Assembly (NCBI GenBank): GCA_951406725.2 | Contig: OX597818.1 | Location: 133,238,001 to 133,302,000 of the forward strand | Reading direction: 5' to 3' | DNA from: Octopus vulgaris | Lineage: Eukaryota | Length of the DNA stretch: 64,000 nt | Shown: piece after piece, positions 52,109 through 64,000 of the stretch | How positions within the stretch are numbered: the stretch's first letter is position 1 | How the letters are laid out: every line of letters begins with the position of its first letter | The notes under the pieces: model-generated | What the model saw: only the letters and a program-made list of their open reading frames with translations | Databases searched by the model: none | What the model was told of the DNA's origin: nothing | Made by a program: the position numbers and the translations under genes

Positions 52109-53372
52109 CTATCTATAAATGCTGTAATATCTACACAGCCTTGGTTCGTTATCTTATTACGCAAAAAATTCTTGTATATATATATATATATATGGCATCT
52201 ATAGTATTTATATATGAGATTTTGTTGATATATATATCACCCCTCTCAGTTGTTTGCAATGTTTCTGTAGCAGTATGGCACTCCTCTATATTTAGCGTGC
52301 TACAGTGTGACATTCTCTATAGTTAGAGAGACAATCAGAGAGTGAGGAATATGTATGAGAGAGAGAGAGAAAGGAGCATGCATGAGAGAGAGGAGCATGT
52401 GTGAGAGAGAGTGATAAGGCTTCAAAAAATAAATTTATCAAACATTATAGTTATTTTTCACACTATTTATAGCTACTGAAATTACATGGGAACATTGAAA
52501 ACAATGTAACAAACAGAACCACACTCTACTACATTAATCAAAGGATAACAGACTGCTGTGGTCATGGCTGGAATGCCTTTATTCCCACAAAAGCTGGATA
52601 GTTTAACTCTTGTTTCATAAAAAAAATAACCATGTCAACATCCAAAACAGATTTGGAAATCTAACAAAAACCAATATAAATTAAATTAAATCAAATATGT
52701 AATATGTAATTTTGGAAGACAGAGCCGACCAAAAAAGAAAGACTTGATTTATGAACATCATATACATGTATATTTGTTAGTTTTACTAACTCCATCCTCT
52801 GACATTACACTGATTGTCCCAGAAAACCAATCAATCAGGAAATCCTCCAGACATTTATTCATTTATTTTTTTGTTTATGATTCAGTCATTTTTATACTTG
52901 GGAAGAAATTGCATAACTTGTTTATTAATCAGGGTATGTCATTAATTTTAAGTTGGATATTTCACCACAAATTTGATAGTATGTCACCTAAATCTGACAA
53001 TAGTTCAGTTACAACTGAGAGGGAATTTTATATAGGTAGGATTACTAGATGTGCAAGAAATAACAGTCGAATCTTCTCCTTATCATACGTTACTATCTTC
53101 AAAAAAGATAGCGTAATCCTAGATACACTGTGTCTGAAATGAGCAAGATGGGCATGGATAGAATGCCATTTTATCATGAATCTACTTGAAAAAAGCTGAC
53201 TAAACAACTATAACAACAGTAATTGAGCAGTACTAGAATGCATCTCAACTTTCTTGGCACTGAGCAATTAAGAGAAAACTATCCTTTTGGATTGGATCCC
53301 CAATCAAAAAATAATTTAAATTCAACAGAGTTAACGAGCAAAACATATTTCAGATATACTATAGATTCTGAG

Positions 53373-53665
53373 TGAAGGCACATGGCTAAGTGGTTAGGAT
53401 ATTCAGCTCATGATCATAAGGTCGTGAGATCAGTTCCCAGTAGCATGTTGCGTCCTTGAGCTCAGCTGGCAAAAATTAATTGCAATAATTAGTGATACCT
53501 GTATTTCACATTTGGTGTGTCAAAATGAATCTTCCTGAGAACTACATAAAAGGTATTTGTGTCTGTGAAGTACTCAGCCACTTGCACGTTAATTTCATGA
53601 GCAGGTTGTTTGCTTGATTGAATCAACTGGAACAATCGTCGTCATAACCGGTGGAACACCAGTTA
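53373..53665 (+). mobile_element. Decayed SINE family D/E-like copy
   Basis: tRNA head gtgaaggcacatggctaagtggttag and tail ctcagccacttgcacgttaatttca. Confidence 0.6.
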
Positions 53666-55590
53666 AAGATTGTAGGTGATGTTTCTTTGCCCAGTTATAA
53701 CATTTGGCTATGGACACAACACTGTCATATAACAGGATACAAACTGTCAATTTTTCAGTCAATAGAATTATAGTCGAACAACTCAGCTAGCACCAAATCT
53801 CATACAGTTGGTGCTGTTGTTTAGGCCCCAGGTCAATGCTGATCATCAAGCAAACATAATTAGAGGCATTTCAGCTGTTACTTTCCCATCTTTTGTATAT
53901 TGAGGGCTACATTTTATTCAACGTGTCACTATCTAAGATAGTAGAGAATGAACTTGAAAGGAAGATTTGTCTTTTTATCTTTTATCTTAACACTTGTTTC
54001 AGTCATTGGACTGTGACTATGCTGGGGCACTAGCTGAGAGGGTTCTGTCAAACAAATCAACTTTAGTATTCATTTTTAAGTCCGGTACTTATTCTGTATA
54101 GTTTTTCACTAAAAACTGTTAAGTTACAGAGACATAAACAACACTGGTTGTCAAGTAGCAGTGGGGAAAACATAAACACAATGACACATACATATACATA
54201 CATTAATACATATCAAAAACAGTGGGACATGTTAAAGTGTGACACATGACAAAAATTTCAGTACCCAGTATTGTAAGATGTGGGGATAGGCTAGAGTCCA
54301 GAATACAAGTCTAATAACAGAAAGAAATAATAAGCAGAAAACAGGTGAAGTACTCAAAGCTTTAAAAGACATATGTGCATTTCAGAAAAATGCCAAAGTA
54401 ATTACATAACAAGCAGAGACATTATGCAAATAAGCATTCTGCTTCATCAATGTCCTACCATAAATGTTTTCTGATTATTATATCTTTCTCAGCCAACCAA
54501 ATTAACTCACAACGCATTGGTCAGTCTGTGGCTATAGTAGAAGACACATACCCAAGATGCCACACAGTGGAACTGAACTCAAAACTGTGTGATTTCAAAG
54601 CAAGCTTCTTAACCACTCAACCATGAAGAGTGAATGGTTTGTATGTCATAATATTTATGATAGCTGGTTAACCATGTACACCAACCATATATCTCAAAAG
54701 TTCTGATAATATTCAACTGTATAATTTAAATTGACTTTTCCCTAGTTTTCTTCCTTGTGATTAATTTATATTGAGATAAGAGGTATTGAAGATTGGTAAA
54801 AAGTACCAAAACCGTTAGCTTTTACTTAATTCATTTTTGCTTAAAATAAAAGGCAAAATTTCAAAACTCTGACAGGAATTATCAATTTTCATACATGAAA
54901 AGAATTGAAAATTATTCAATTTAACAAGTGCAGAATCTCTTAAATCTTCTAGTTTAGGATGTTAGGTGAAAGTGTGTAATTGTAAAGAATTTACATAATT
55001 TAAGTTGTTTGAAGAAAGGATAAAAATTTAAAAAATTTTTTCACTTTGTTGCTAAACACTGCTTCTGAGTTTCTTGAAATAAAGTTCACTTCTAAAAAGT
55101 TAATAAAACAACTCCTCTCTCATAGTTGTGTTGTCTATGTTATATACAGAAAAGGAAAGTGAAAGTAGAACAAAAAACATGGCTGTATGGTAAGAAGTTT
55201 GCTTCCTAACCCTATCGTTCTGGGTTCAGTCCCATTGCATGGCAGGGACTAGGTGGTAAGAAATTTTGCTTCCTAATCCCATGGTTATGGATTCAGTCCC
55301 ACTGTATGGCAACTTGGACAAACAACTGCTTTCTGCTATAGTCCCAGGCTGATCAAATCTTTGTGATTGGATTTGGTAGACAGAAACTGAAAGAAGCCTG
55401 TTGCGCATTTGCATTTGTGTATGTGTGCTGGTCTTTGTGTTTGTCCCCCACCACTGCTTCAAAGTGGTGTTGGTTATTCTTTTTTTTTATGTCCCTGTAG
55501 CATTTCAATTCAGCAAATGAGATCAACAGAATAAGTACCAGACTTATTCTGGTACTTATTCTATCGAATATGTACCAGAATCTGTCAAAT

Positions 55591-55823
55591 AAGGTGGTGA
55601 GCTGGCAAAAACGTTAGCACACTGGGCGAAATGCGTAGCGGTATTTCATCTGCCACTATGTTCTGAGTTCAAATTCTGCCGAGGTCGACTTTGCCTGTCA
55701 TCCTTTCAGGGTCGATTAAATAAGTACCAGTTACGTGCTGAGGTCGATGTAATCGACTTAATCTGTTTGTCTGTCTTTGTTTGTCCCCTCTGTGTATAGC
55801 CCCTTGTGGGCAATAAAGAAATA
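55591..55823 (+). mobile_element. SINE family C inserted in a decayed family A copy (55179-55900)
   Basis: Family consensus; TSD agaataagtaccagactt. Confidence 0.85.
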
Positions 55824-56594
55824 AGAATAAGTACCAGACTTTCAGAAGAAAAAAAAGGAGTACCTTCAAGGGTTCCAATGACTAAAACAATAAAAGACAA
55901 ATATTGCTATTTTATAGCTTCAGATACATGGAAACAATTACAAGAATGACTGAAACTTATCACTTTTATTTATGAAGATTAATACAGAAACTGCTAACAA
56001 CTCAGCAGTTGAGTCAACACTATGATTGTGCTACTGTAAATGAGGAAATGCATAGTTCACTTCTTAAGCAGCAAATCATAAAATGAAAATTAAAATCAAC
56101 AAACTTTACATTTCTTTAAATGGAGAAATACATGATCTTTTCTTTCTTGTATGTACATGTTTGGGTGTGTGTGTGTGCGTTTTGGTGTTGTTTTTATTTT
56201 TTCTTGTTTTTTTTTTTTTGCTATTTGGCAACCAATTGCAAGCTGATTAAATAGTTCAAGATCAAGTAATTTAAATTACCTGAAATTCTAAATTTAAAAG
56301 ACATAAACTTCTCCATCGAGCTGTCTCTAATTTGATCCCTCTTTGCATATCTCAGTAGTAGCCAGGCATACTGACAATTACGTTAGTATGCATCTTCCCG
56401 CTCACTCTCTCACACACTCACACACACACACACACACACTTACACACACATACAGACAGACAGACAAACACACACAAATATTAGAATTGTTAACTTTTGT
56501 ATTACAGTTTTCTTTAGGATACATAATGTGCTTAATCAATAAAAATAATAACTTTAAAAATAAATCTCAGAATTTAATTCATGTTAGAAATAGA

Positions 56595-56635
56595 TATTAT
56601 TATTATTATTATTATCATTATTATTATTATTATTA

Positions 56636-56682
<47 letters not shown>

Positions 56683-56697
56683 ATTATTATTATTATT
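56595..56697. repeat. (ATT)n microsatellite
   Basis: Directly visible. Confidence 0.95.
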
Positions 56698-58771
56698 TAG
56701 TAATAATTGCTTAATTTTTAATTATAGCTTTTTTATAAATCTAATGCACAAAATAATAGAAAAGGTCATTAAACAGAAGACAAAAATATTAAAACAGCCT
56801 CCAGCATATGAGTTCTGGATTGCCATTTTTCTTTCAGGCATCTCATTCTAGCAAGGATTCACTGAAGATGATGAATTCAGCAGTTTCCAATTGCTCTCAG
56901 ATGTTGATGCCTGAAGCAATCATAGTCATAACATGACACCCTAGCTGCTCTGTCTTTTTAAAAATTTATTTTTCATCTTGCTTTACTTTTCATTTCTAAT
57001 CTATGTTCTCCAATTTCTTATTTTTGTTAGACTACTTCATATTTGTTTTTATTTTGTTTCTGTTATGTTGTGTTTATTATTTTTAATTTTTGTAATTTGT
57101 AGTTTGTTCCAATGTCACAGTCAATGTTTTCTTTACCGATGCCGTCTTATTTGATCTATTGTTTCTTCTCAAGGTTTGGTTCCTCACATAGTTATTCTGT
57201 TGCCAGGTTGATTTAAATTAATCAAACTTAGTTTTGATGTTGCCTTGTTAGTTTTCATTTTCTTCTTTTTTTTTTTTAAATTTTCGCCAACATCTCTCCT
57301 TTGAATTTTTCTTCAGAAATTTCACTTATTACAACTCCTTATATTAAGACTAATGGAGAAATTTTAGCCCAAGACTTCACTGATTCCTCAGTTGTTACAG
57401 GAAAATCTTAAATTGCACAAGTTTTCATTGGTAATAATTATTAAAATAATGTAATATGAAACTTTCCTAACTTCATTAATGACAAGCAAATATTTCCCAC
57501 TATAAATCTGGTATGACCCATTAAATAACACCTGTATAGGAAAGAAAACTCTATGATTGCTAAAGCATTGGTTTAAGTTACTTTACATATTTTCCAATAA
57601 ACACCAAAGCAGGGCACAGTTGTTACCAAAATAATGAGAAAGACAATATAGAATTAATTAATCTTAATTGATTAGAGAAATAAGATTACCTCATTACATT
57701 TTATGCCATACAACAAATTTATATAATAAAAGTTGTTGATTGATTATGTGCATAACCCAGTTGTAAGAGATTTTCTCTTCATGTGTTTTAACACTGAATC
57801 TTTAGGTGGAAAGTTTTACATCTAAATTTCATTACGGGCAGCAATAATAAATTTCTTTGTATTAGTAGCTGTTAGTAAAGCAATAATGCTTGTGTATCAC
57901 AACCTCAAATTTATAAAGCTTGAATTAAATGCTAACAATGCTTGTTTAACATTTAGATTAAATTCTCGGTTAACTGTCTACCAAGTTCCAAATTAGTTAT
58001 GATTTTACTCTAATGATTAGAAAAAGACAAAAAGAATCTTTAATAAAAATAAAACAAATTATGTTTATAGTGACTGATATTTCTAAAATCATAAAAATAT
58101 TTTTAATATAATAGAATTTGGCACTAAAGACAGTGAGTAAGACTACATATTCTGTACAGTATGTGTTGAGTGTCATACATTTCTATTCAAAGTTCCCTAA
58201 AGTTTTTTTTTTCCTTCACCCCAAAATATAAACAAAGTATTCCAGTCAAATAACACAACGACAATCCTCTCTTTTACTTTTTGTAAAACCGGCATGGTAG
58301 CTAAAAGAGCAATTATGTAATAAAATTAAATACAATGCAGTGTATTCACAAAAATACAAGTTCAGATTCCAGCACAGAATATTCATTATGCCATTGTGCA
58401 TTGAATTCAAAACAAAAACAATGTGTGGTTGCAATCAACAAGGCCACCTGAAAACTACTATTTAAGGAATTTTAAACAACTTTCCAATATTCTATTAACT
58501 CTGAAATATAAGGAATGGGTAGAAAATATTTGTTTATAAGAAACTGTACATAATATAGTTATATTACTGGTTAATTAAAAATATTTCAGAACAGAAATAA
58601 TAATAATTTAATATTATAAAGATTGTAACTGTGAATCTACCACACACACACACACACACACACAAGACTGACATACACACAAATAGTTGATCTCATTAAC
58701 CACAGTGTTCTGTTTACCTATATAGGGTTCTATCTCTCAAAAGTTATCTCTCTCTCTCTTTCTCTCTCCCC

Positions 58772-58812
<41 letters not shown>

Positions 58813-58899
58813 AGTGTTTGTGTTGACCATCGTCCATTTTTCTCTTCCTCATGTGATCATCTTTCAGCACATATCCAATAGATAGAATTGGAAGAATAT

Positions 58900-59124
58900 T
58901 TATTTCTTTATTGCCCACAGGGGGCTAAATATAGAGGGGACAACCAAGGACAGACAAGGGGATTAAGTCGATTATATCGCCCCCAGTGATTTACTGGTAC
59001 TTATTTAATCGACCCGGAAAGGATGAAAGGCAAAGTCGACCTTGGCGGAATTTGAACTCAGAATGTAGTGGCAGACGAATTATGGCTGCGCATTTCGCCC
59101 GGCGTGCTAACGTTTCTGCCAGCT
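58900..59124 (-). mobile_element. SINE family C
   Basis: Reverse complement of the family consensus. Confidence 0.85.
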
Positions 59125-59903
59125 TGGATTGGAAACTTTGTTGCAATTGTTCAAAGTTGTTCATAAAATTTTAACTAATACAATTTGAATAACACTGAAC
59201 TAAGCAGATAACAGACAGACCTACGATTATTATGTATTATAAAGAAAAGTTCTTGATATATCTAGAGATACTTTTAAAAGAAGTATTCTGTATTCAAAAA
59301 CGAGAGTTGAAAACTAATATGCTATTGTCTTTTAACTATCAATAAGTAAAACTTAAATACATTTTAATTTATTAAAAATAAGTATTCAAGTAGCAGCAAA
59401 ATTTATTTCTTAATCATAGCAGTGTACTTATTCAGCAATATTTCAAGCAACAATATTATTATTGGTGATAAAATAAGAAACTATGAAATTCTATAGCTTA
59501 ATATATTAGGTGAAGGATGAAGATAAACTTAAAGTATAGGCCTCCAGGCATTAATATTCTTTTGTGGGGAGTGATAATAGGAACATTCTCTTGCTGCAGT
59601 CAATCAATACTTCCAGAACTGTGGATTCTATCTATGTATAAAGCAGAGTAATTAATATTCATACATAAAATTAAGTTTAGATCACTTAAAAAAAATTAAT
59701 AGTTAAAGGATAAGGAAAATGAAAAGGGAAAAACAAACATATACATCTTTAGATTAATTAATCCACCTCATTACTTCTTATACTAAGAGAAAGATGAAAG
59801 GCATATTAGATAGATAACATAATTTTAAAATGTATGGATAATGGATTGGAAATTAAGTTATTAAGAAGAGTATGTAACATAGCAATACATGTCTGCTGGG
59901 ATA

Positions 59904-60020
59904 TATTGCTATGTATGTATGCACGCATGTATGTATATAAGTATTGCTATGTATGTATGCATGCATGTATGTATATAAGTATTGCTATGTATGTATGCAT
60001 GCATGTATGTATATAAGTAT
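59904..60020. repeat. ~38-bp tandem repeat x3
   Basis: tattgctatgtatgtatgca(c/t)gcatgtatgtatataag. Confidence 0.85.
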
Positions 60021-60065
60021 GCAGGCATATTATATGTATGCATGTATGCATGCCTGCATGCATTC

Positions 60066-60097
<32 letters not shown>

Positions 60098-60280
60098 ATG
60101 GAGGTTGCATATATCAATACATAAATAAATGTAGAAATATGTAAGTATACTCATAAATAAAAAAAAAATTTATACACTTATCTCCACAAACAATATACCA
60201 TAAATACATTATGATCCATAGAAAAAAAATACAAAAATATCAAATATTGCATTCATATATATACATATATATACACATAT

Positions 60281-60311
<31 letters not shown>

Positions 60312-60678
60312 TACATACACACACAGACCTGCACACATAGTTTACCTACAAGTTTATATGACTCAGTATGTATTCACACACCTATCTCTGCATGTAAATC
60401 TGCATATAGGTAAAATATCATACTATATAACATTACTGAAGAAATAATAAACATGGGATAAACTTGAGGTTCTTATGATGTAGTTTCAAGTACCAAATTC
60501 ATTCCATGTAGGATGCATAAAATTAAGTTGGGGCTTAAACAATAAATCCCAAAGTAATGACCAAGTAGCATGTACATACATGCACATGTCTACTACTTAT
60601 TGATAACATAAAACATTATATAAGTTCCATATGTATGTTTTGTCGAAATATATTTGTTAAAAAATTTATCAAGAAATA

Positions 60679-61148
60679 TGTGGCTGTGTGGTAAGAAGCT
60701 GGCTTCCCAACCACATGGTTTCTGGTTCAGTCCCATTGCATGGCATCTTGGGAAAGTGTCTTCTACTATAGCCTTGGCTAGCCAAAGCTTCATGAGTGGA
60801 TTTGGTTAGACAGAAACTGAAAGAAGCTAGTCATATACATATATATGGATGTATATGTCTGTGTGTCTGTGTTTGTCCCCTGCCACCACTTGACGACTAG
60901 TGTTGGTGTGTTTACATCCCTGTAACTTAGGGGGTTGGCTAAGTACCAGGCTTTAAAAAATAAATCCTGGGGTTGAATTGTTCAACTAGAACCCTTTAAG
61001 GTGGTGCCCCAGTATTGACAACTGACAAGTCCCTTAACTTCTTGGGGATCGTTGGGGCATTGCAGCCATGCAGTGTATCTAGGGTGAGAAAGCCTGGTGG
61101 AGCACATCCCTTTCCAGTATGGGGCAGTGAAATGACTGAAGCAAGAAA
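60679..61148 (+). mobile_element. SINE family A with a 98-bp foreign insertion
   Basis: Family consensus interrupted at 61016-61113. Confidence 0.8.
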
Positions 61149-61429
61149 AATATTCATTGGGAAATAAATGAATAAATAAGAGTTCATAAGTCAGTGCCAG
61201 ATACTGAATTATGATTATATAAAGCTTCTATAGTTAATTGAATAAACTGATAATTAAACTTAATATTTGTAGTTTTAGGCCAAAAGTTATGTTCATATGG
61301 GTTACATGCAAGCTAGTAATGAAGTGAATGGTTGAATAAGAAGTTAATAGAATGTAAAGTAAACAGATGCAGAATTACATTCAGATTTACTAACTATTAG
61401 TAAAATATATTCATAATGTAAGCTCAGTG

Positions 61430-61430
<1 letters not shown>

Positions 61431-61460
<30 letters not shown>

Positions 61461-61760
61461 GTTTAACGCCCGCTTTCCATGCTAGCATGGGTTGGACGGT
61501 TCAACTGGGGTCTGAGAAGCCCGAAGGCTGCACCAGGACAGTCAGATCTGGCAGTGTTTCTACAGCTGGATGCCCTTCCTAACGCCAACCACTCCGTGAG
61601 TGTAGTGGGTGCTTTTTATGTGCCACCGACACAGGTGCCAGATAAGGCTGGCAAACGGCCACGCTCGAATGGTGCTTTTTACGTGCCACCGGCATGGAGG
61701 CCAGGCGAGGCTGGCAATGGCCACGATCGGATGGTGTTTGTTACGTGCCACCAGCACAGA
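61431..61760 (-). mobile_element. SINE family B
   Basis: Family consensus with three internal units. Confidence 0.85.
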
Positions 61761-61981
61761 CGAATATGCATATATATTTGTATATTGACACTGGACGGGA
61801 AAGGTTCGCTCCCTTGCTTGCAATATATCGGACACAGGCTTTGTATCATTAACCAGCTGGATGAGGAGTCCTCCTGGGGTTAAAAAAGAGTAGTAACATT
61901 GTTCCATACGGAGCAGCCATGTTGAAGTGGCAACAATCATTACTTTTCAATAAATTTGAACTTTTTGTTATCACATGATAT

Positions 61982-62400
61982 TTAACCTTTTAGCATTTAA
62001 ACTGACCATATCCAGCCCAAACATTCTACCTGTTTTATGTTCAGACTGGCAAGATCAGACTTGTCACACCTAGCCTACAATATCATTCTAATAATAAACA
62101 GTTTCCTCATCAAAATTACATAGCTACAAGATTATGCATGATTAATTCAAAACAATGTGAATAAATAGCAGTGTAATCTGAATGCTAAAGGGTTAAACAG
62201 GTCATTTCTAGCCCAAATATCTGTTTTATGTTCAACCTGACCAGATCTGACTTCTCACACCAACCCTACAGTGTCATTCTAAAACTAAACAATCAGGTCA
62301 TTGAAATTTTGAAGTTACAAGATAATGCAAGATTAATTCAAAACAATATAAATGAATAAGGATTACACATGATAGAGTAATCTGAATGTTAATGAGTTAA
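61982..62400. mobile_element. piggyBac-type MITE family 1, one full and one partial tandem copy
   Basis: TTAA-CCTTTTAGC...GCTAAAGGG-TTAA at 61982-62196, then a similar body to 62400. Confidence 0.7.
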
Positions 62401-62430
62401 TGTTCTTTTTTCTTCTAAAGAAACTTTTCA

Positions 62431-62827
62431 ACTCTTTACTCTTTTACTTGTTTCAGTCATTTGACTGCGGCCATGCTGGAGCACTGCCTTTAGTCGAACA
62501 AATCGACCCCGGGACTTATTCTTTGTAAGCCCAGTACTTATTCTATCGGTCTCTTTTGCCGAACCGCTAAGTAACGGGGACATAAACACACCAGCATCGG
62601 TTATCAAGCAATGCTAGGGGGACAAACACAGACACACTTACATATATAAATATATACATATATACGACAGGCTTCTTTCAGTTTCCGTCTACCAAATTCA
62701 CTCACAAGGCATTGGTCGGCCCGGGGCTATAGCAGAAGACACTTGCCCAAGATACCACGCAGTGGGACTGAACCCGGAACCATGTGGCTGGTTAGCAAGC
62801 TACTTACCACACAGCCACTCCTGCGCC
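62431..62827 (-). mobile_element. tRNA-derived SINE family A (young, full length)
   Basis: ~28-bp TSD ttttttcttctaaag(a/c)aacttttcaact. Confidence 0.9.
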
Positions 62828-63375
62828 TTTTTTTTCTTCTAAAGCAACTTTTCAACTATATATTAAATTTTCAAATCTTATTCAGTTCAATTTTAAGATT
62901 TAGTGCCTTACTGTCAAGGTGAAGGCAGGCTTATCCAGTATGACAAGACACCAACTTACAAACACTAATGTCACTTCAATGGAGTTTGCTATCATTTGTA
63001 CAACTACGAGATGGTTTCAACCAGTCTTTACTATATTATCCTTTCCACGTGCTCTCATGAGTAAGGAAACTAGAAAATTATCACATTGTTGCACTTGCAT
63101 TTAATACAGCGACCACAACAAGAGCTCCAATATCTACTTGTGGCACCAAGAAAACTGAATCTTTCTTGCAGTGGAAAGAAACTGGAATGCAAACGAGTAC
63201 CAACACATTAAATTCTAAAGTGACAAACACCATGTGACAAAAGGGTTACTTTTTATCCCTTTTGATACGAACCAACCTAAGATCATAAATGGTTTTACTA
63301 TACAAGCTTCCAGTTTGAAGCTGATCAAAATTAAAAACCTTCCATCAAATTTTCATGCTAATCTATATTCCAAGT

Positions 63376-63763
63376 TTTTGGAAGCACTCCGTCGGTTACG
63401 ACGATGAGGGTTCCGGTTGATCCGAATCAACGGAACAGCCTGCTCGTGAAATTAACGTGTAAGTGGCTGAGCACTCCACAGACACGTGTACCCTCAACAT
63501 AGTTCTCGGGGATATTCAGCGTGACACAGAGAGTGACAAGGCCGGCCCTTTGAAATACAGGTACAACAGAAACAGGAAGTAAGAGTGAGAGAAAGTTATG
63601 GTGAAAGAGTACAGCAGGGATCACCACCATCCCTGCCGGAGCCTCGTGGAGCTTTTAGGTGTTTTCACTCAATAAACACTCACAACGCCCGATCTGGGAA
63701 TCGAAACCGCGATCCTATGACCGCGAGCCCGCTGCCCTAACCACTGGGCCATTGCGCCTCCAC
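63376..63763 (-). mobile_element. SINE family D (full length) nested in a MITE
   Basis: Near-identical to 6556-6844 plus ~100 bp; TSD atattccaagt at 63365-63375 and 63775-63785. Confidence 0.85.
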
Positions 63764-64000
63764 GTACCTGTTTAATATTCCAAGTACCTGTTTAATAACA
63801 ACAAAGTTATTTTATTAACTTCTTCACAATTCTCAAGTTTTCAAACATATATACACAGTTTGCTGGACAGGCCATTGAATCTCCTGAGTTTATACACCCA
63901 TGCACAGATTTTCCTTCTCGTTCTGCATCATCCCAAAGTCACATATATTAAATGGTAGTCTCTTGCATCCAAGAAAGGGAGTTCTGTAATTGTTTAAAAT

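Larger units (their letters stand above)
51070..52175 (+). mobile_element. Cluster of three different HHR-bearing elements (51070-51283, 51442-51770, 51803-52175)
   Basis: Three HHR motifs on the same strand, each unit abutting TA tracts. Confidence 0.6.
26490..63181 (-). pseudogene. Second decayed multi-exon gene (or spliced lncRNA), possibly from an ASH/PapD-like-domain ciliary protein
   Basis: Minus-strand AG/GT-bounded segments at 63181-62912, 58447-58278, 52987-52791, 47722-47619, 44378-44318, ~43000-42828, 39070-38782, 38023-~37880, 37076-36855, 32409-32321 and a terminal-exon-like 26750-~26490 with ATTAAA/AATAAA. Most frames carry stops. Motifs include VVQMIANSIEVTLVF, LTITNCEMATNYKIIFP, FLIDWFSGTIS and GVMPGGHSLNITNYF. 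Confidence 0.4.

Noticed and set aside
61848-61884. Hairpin with gatgagga resembling a ribozyme core
   Set aside because: No GAAA/UH elements in register

Overview
AT-rich, microsatellite-dense eukaryotic genomic DNA. The repeat families look like those of an octopus/coleoid cephalopod (inference). The window holds no intact protein-coding gene; nearly all listed ORFs are SINE or microsatellite artefacts. It contains: (1) dozens of tRNA-derived SINEs from at least five families, piggyBac- and mariner-type MITEs, and RTE and R4/Dong LINE remnants; (2) about ten hammerhead-ribozyme (HHR) motifs of the minimal Penelope/retrozyme type, from at least seven distinct small elements, nearly all abutting (TA)n tracts, including one re-wired into a type III fold by a 36-bp inverted repeat; (3) a decayed multi-exon gene on + (about 5.0-28.6 kb) whose exons keep canonical splice sites and translate collinearly into a CatSper-epsilon-like protein with stops and frameshifts; (4) a second, convergent decayed multi-exon gene on - (about 63.2-26.5 kb) with hints of ASH/Ig-fold ciliary-protein motifs. 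Protein similarities were judged by eye from remembered sequences, not by database search.
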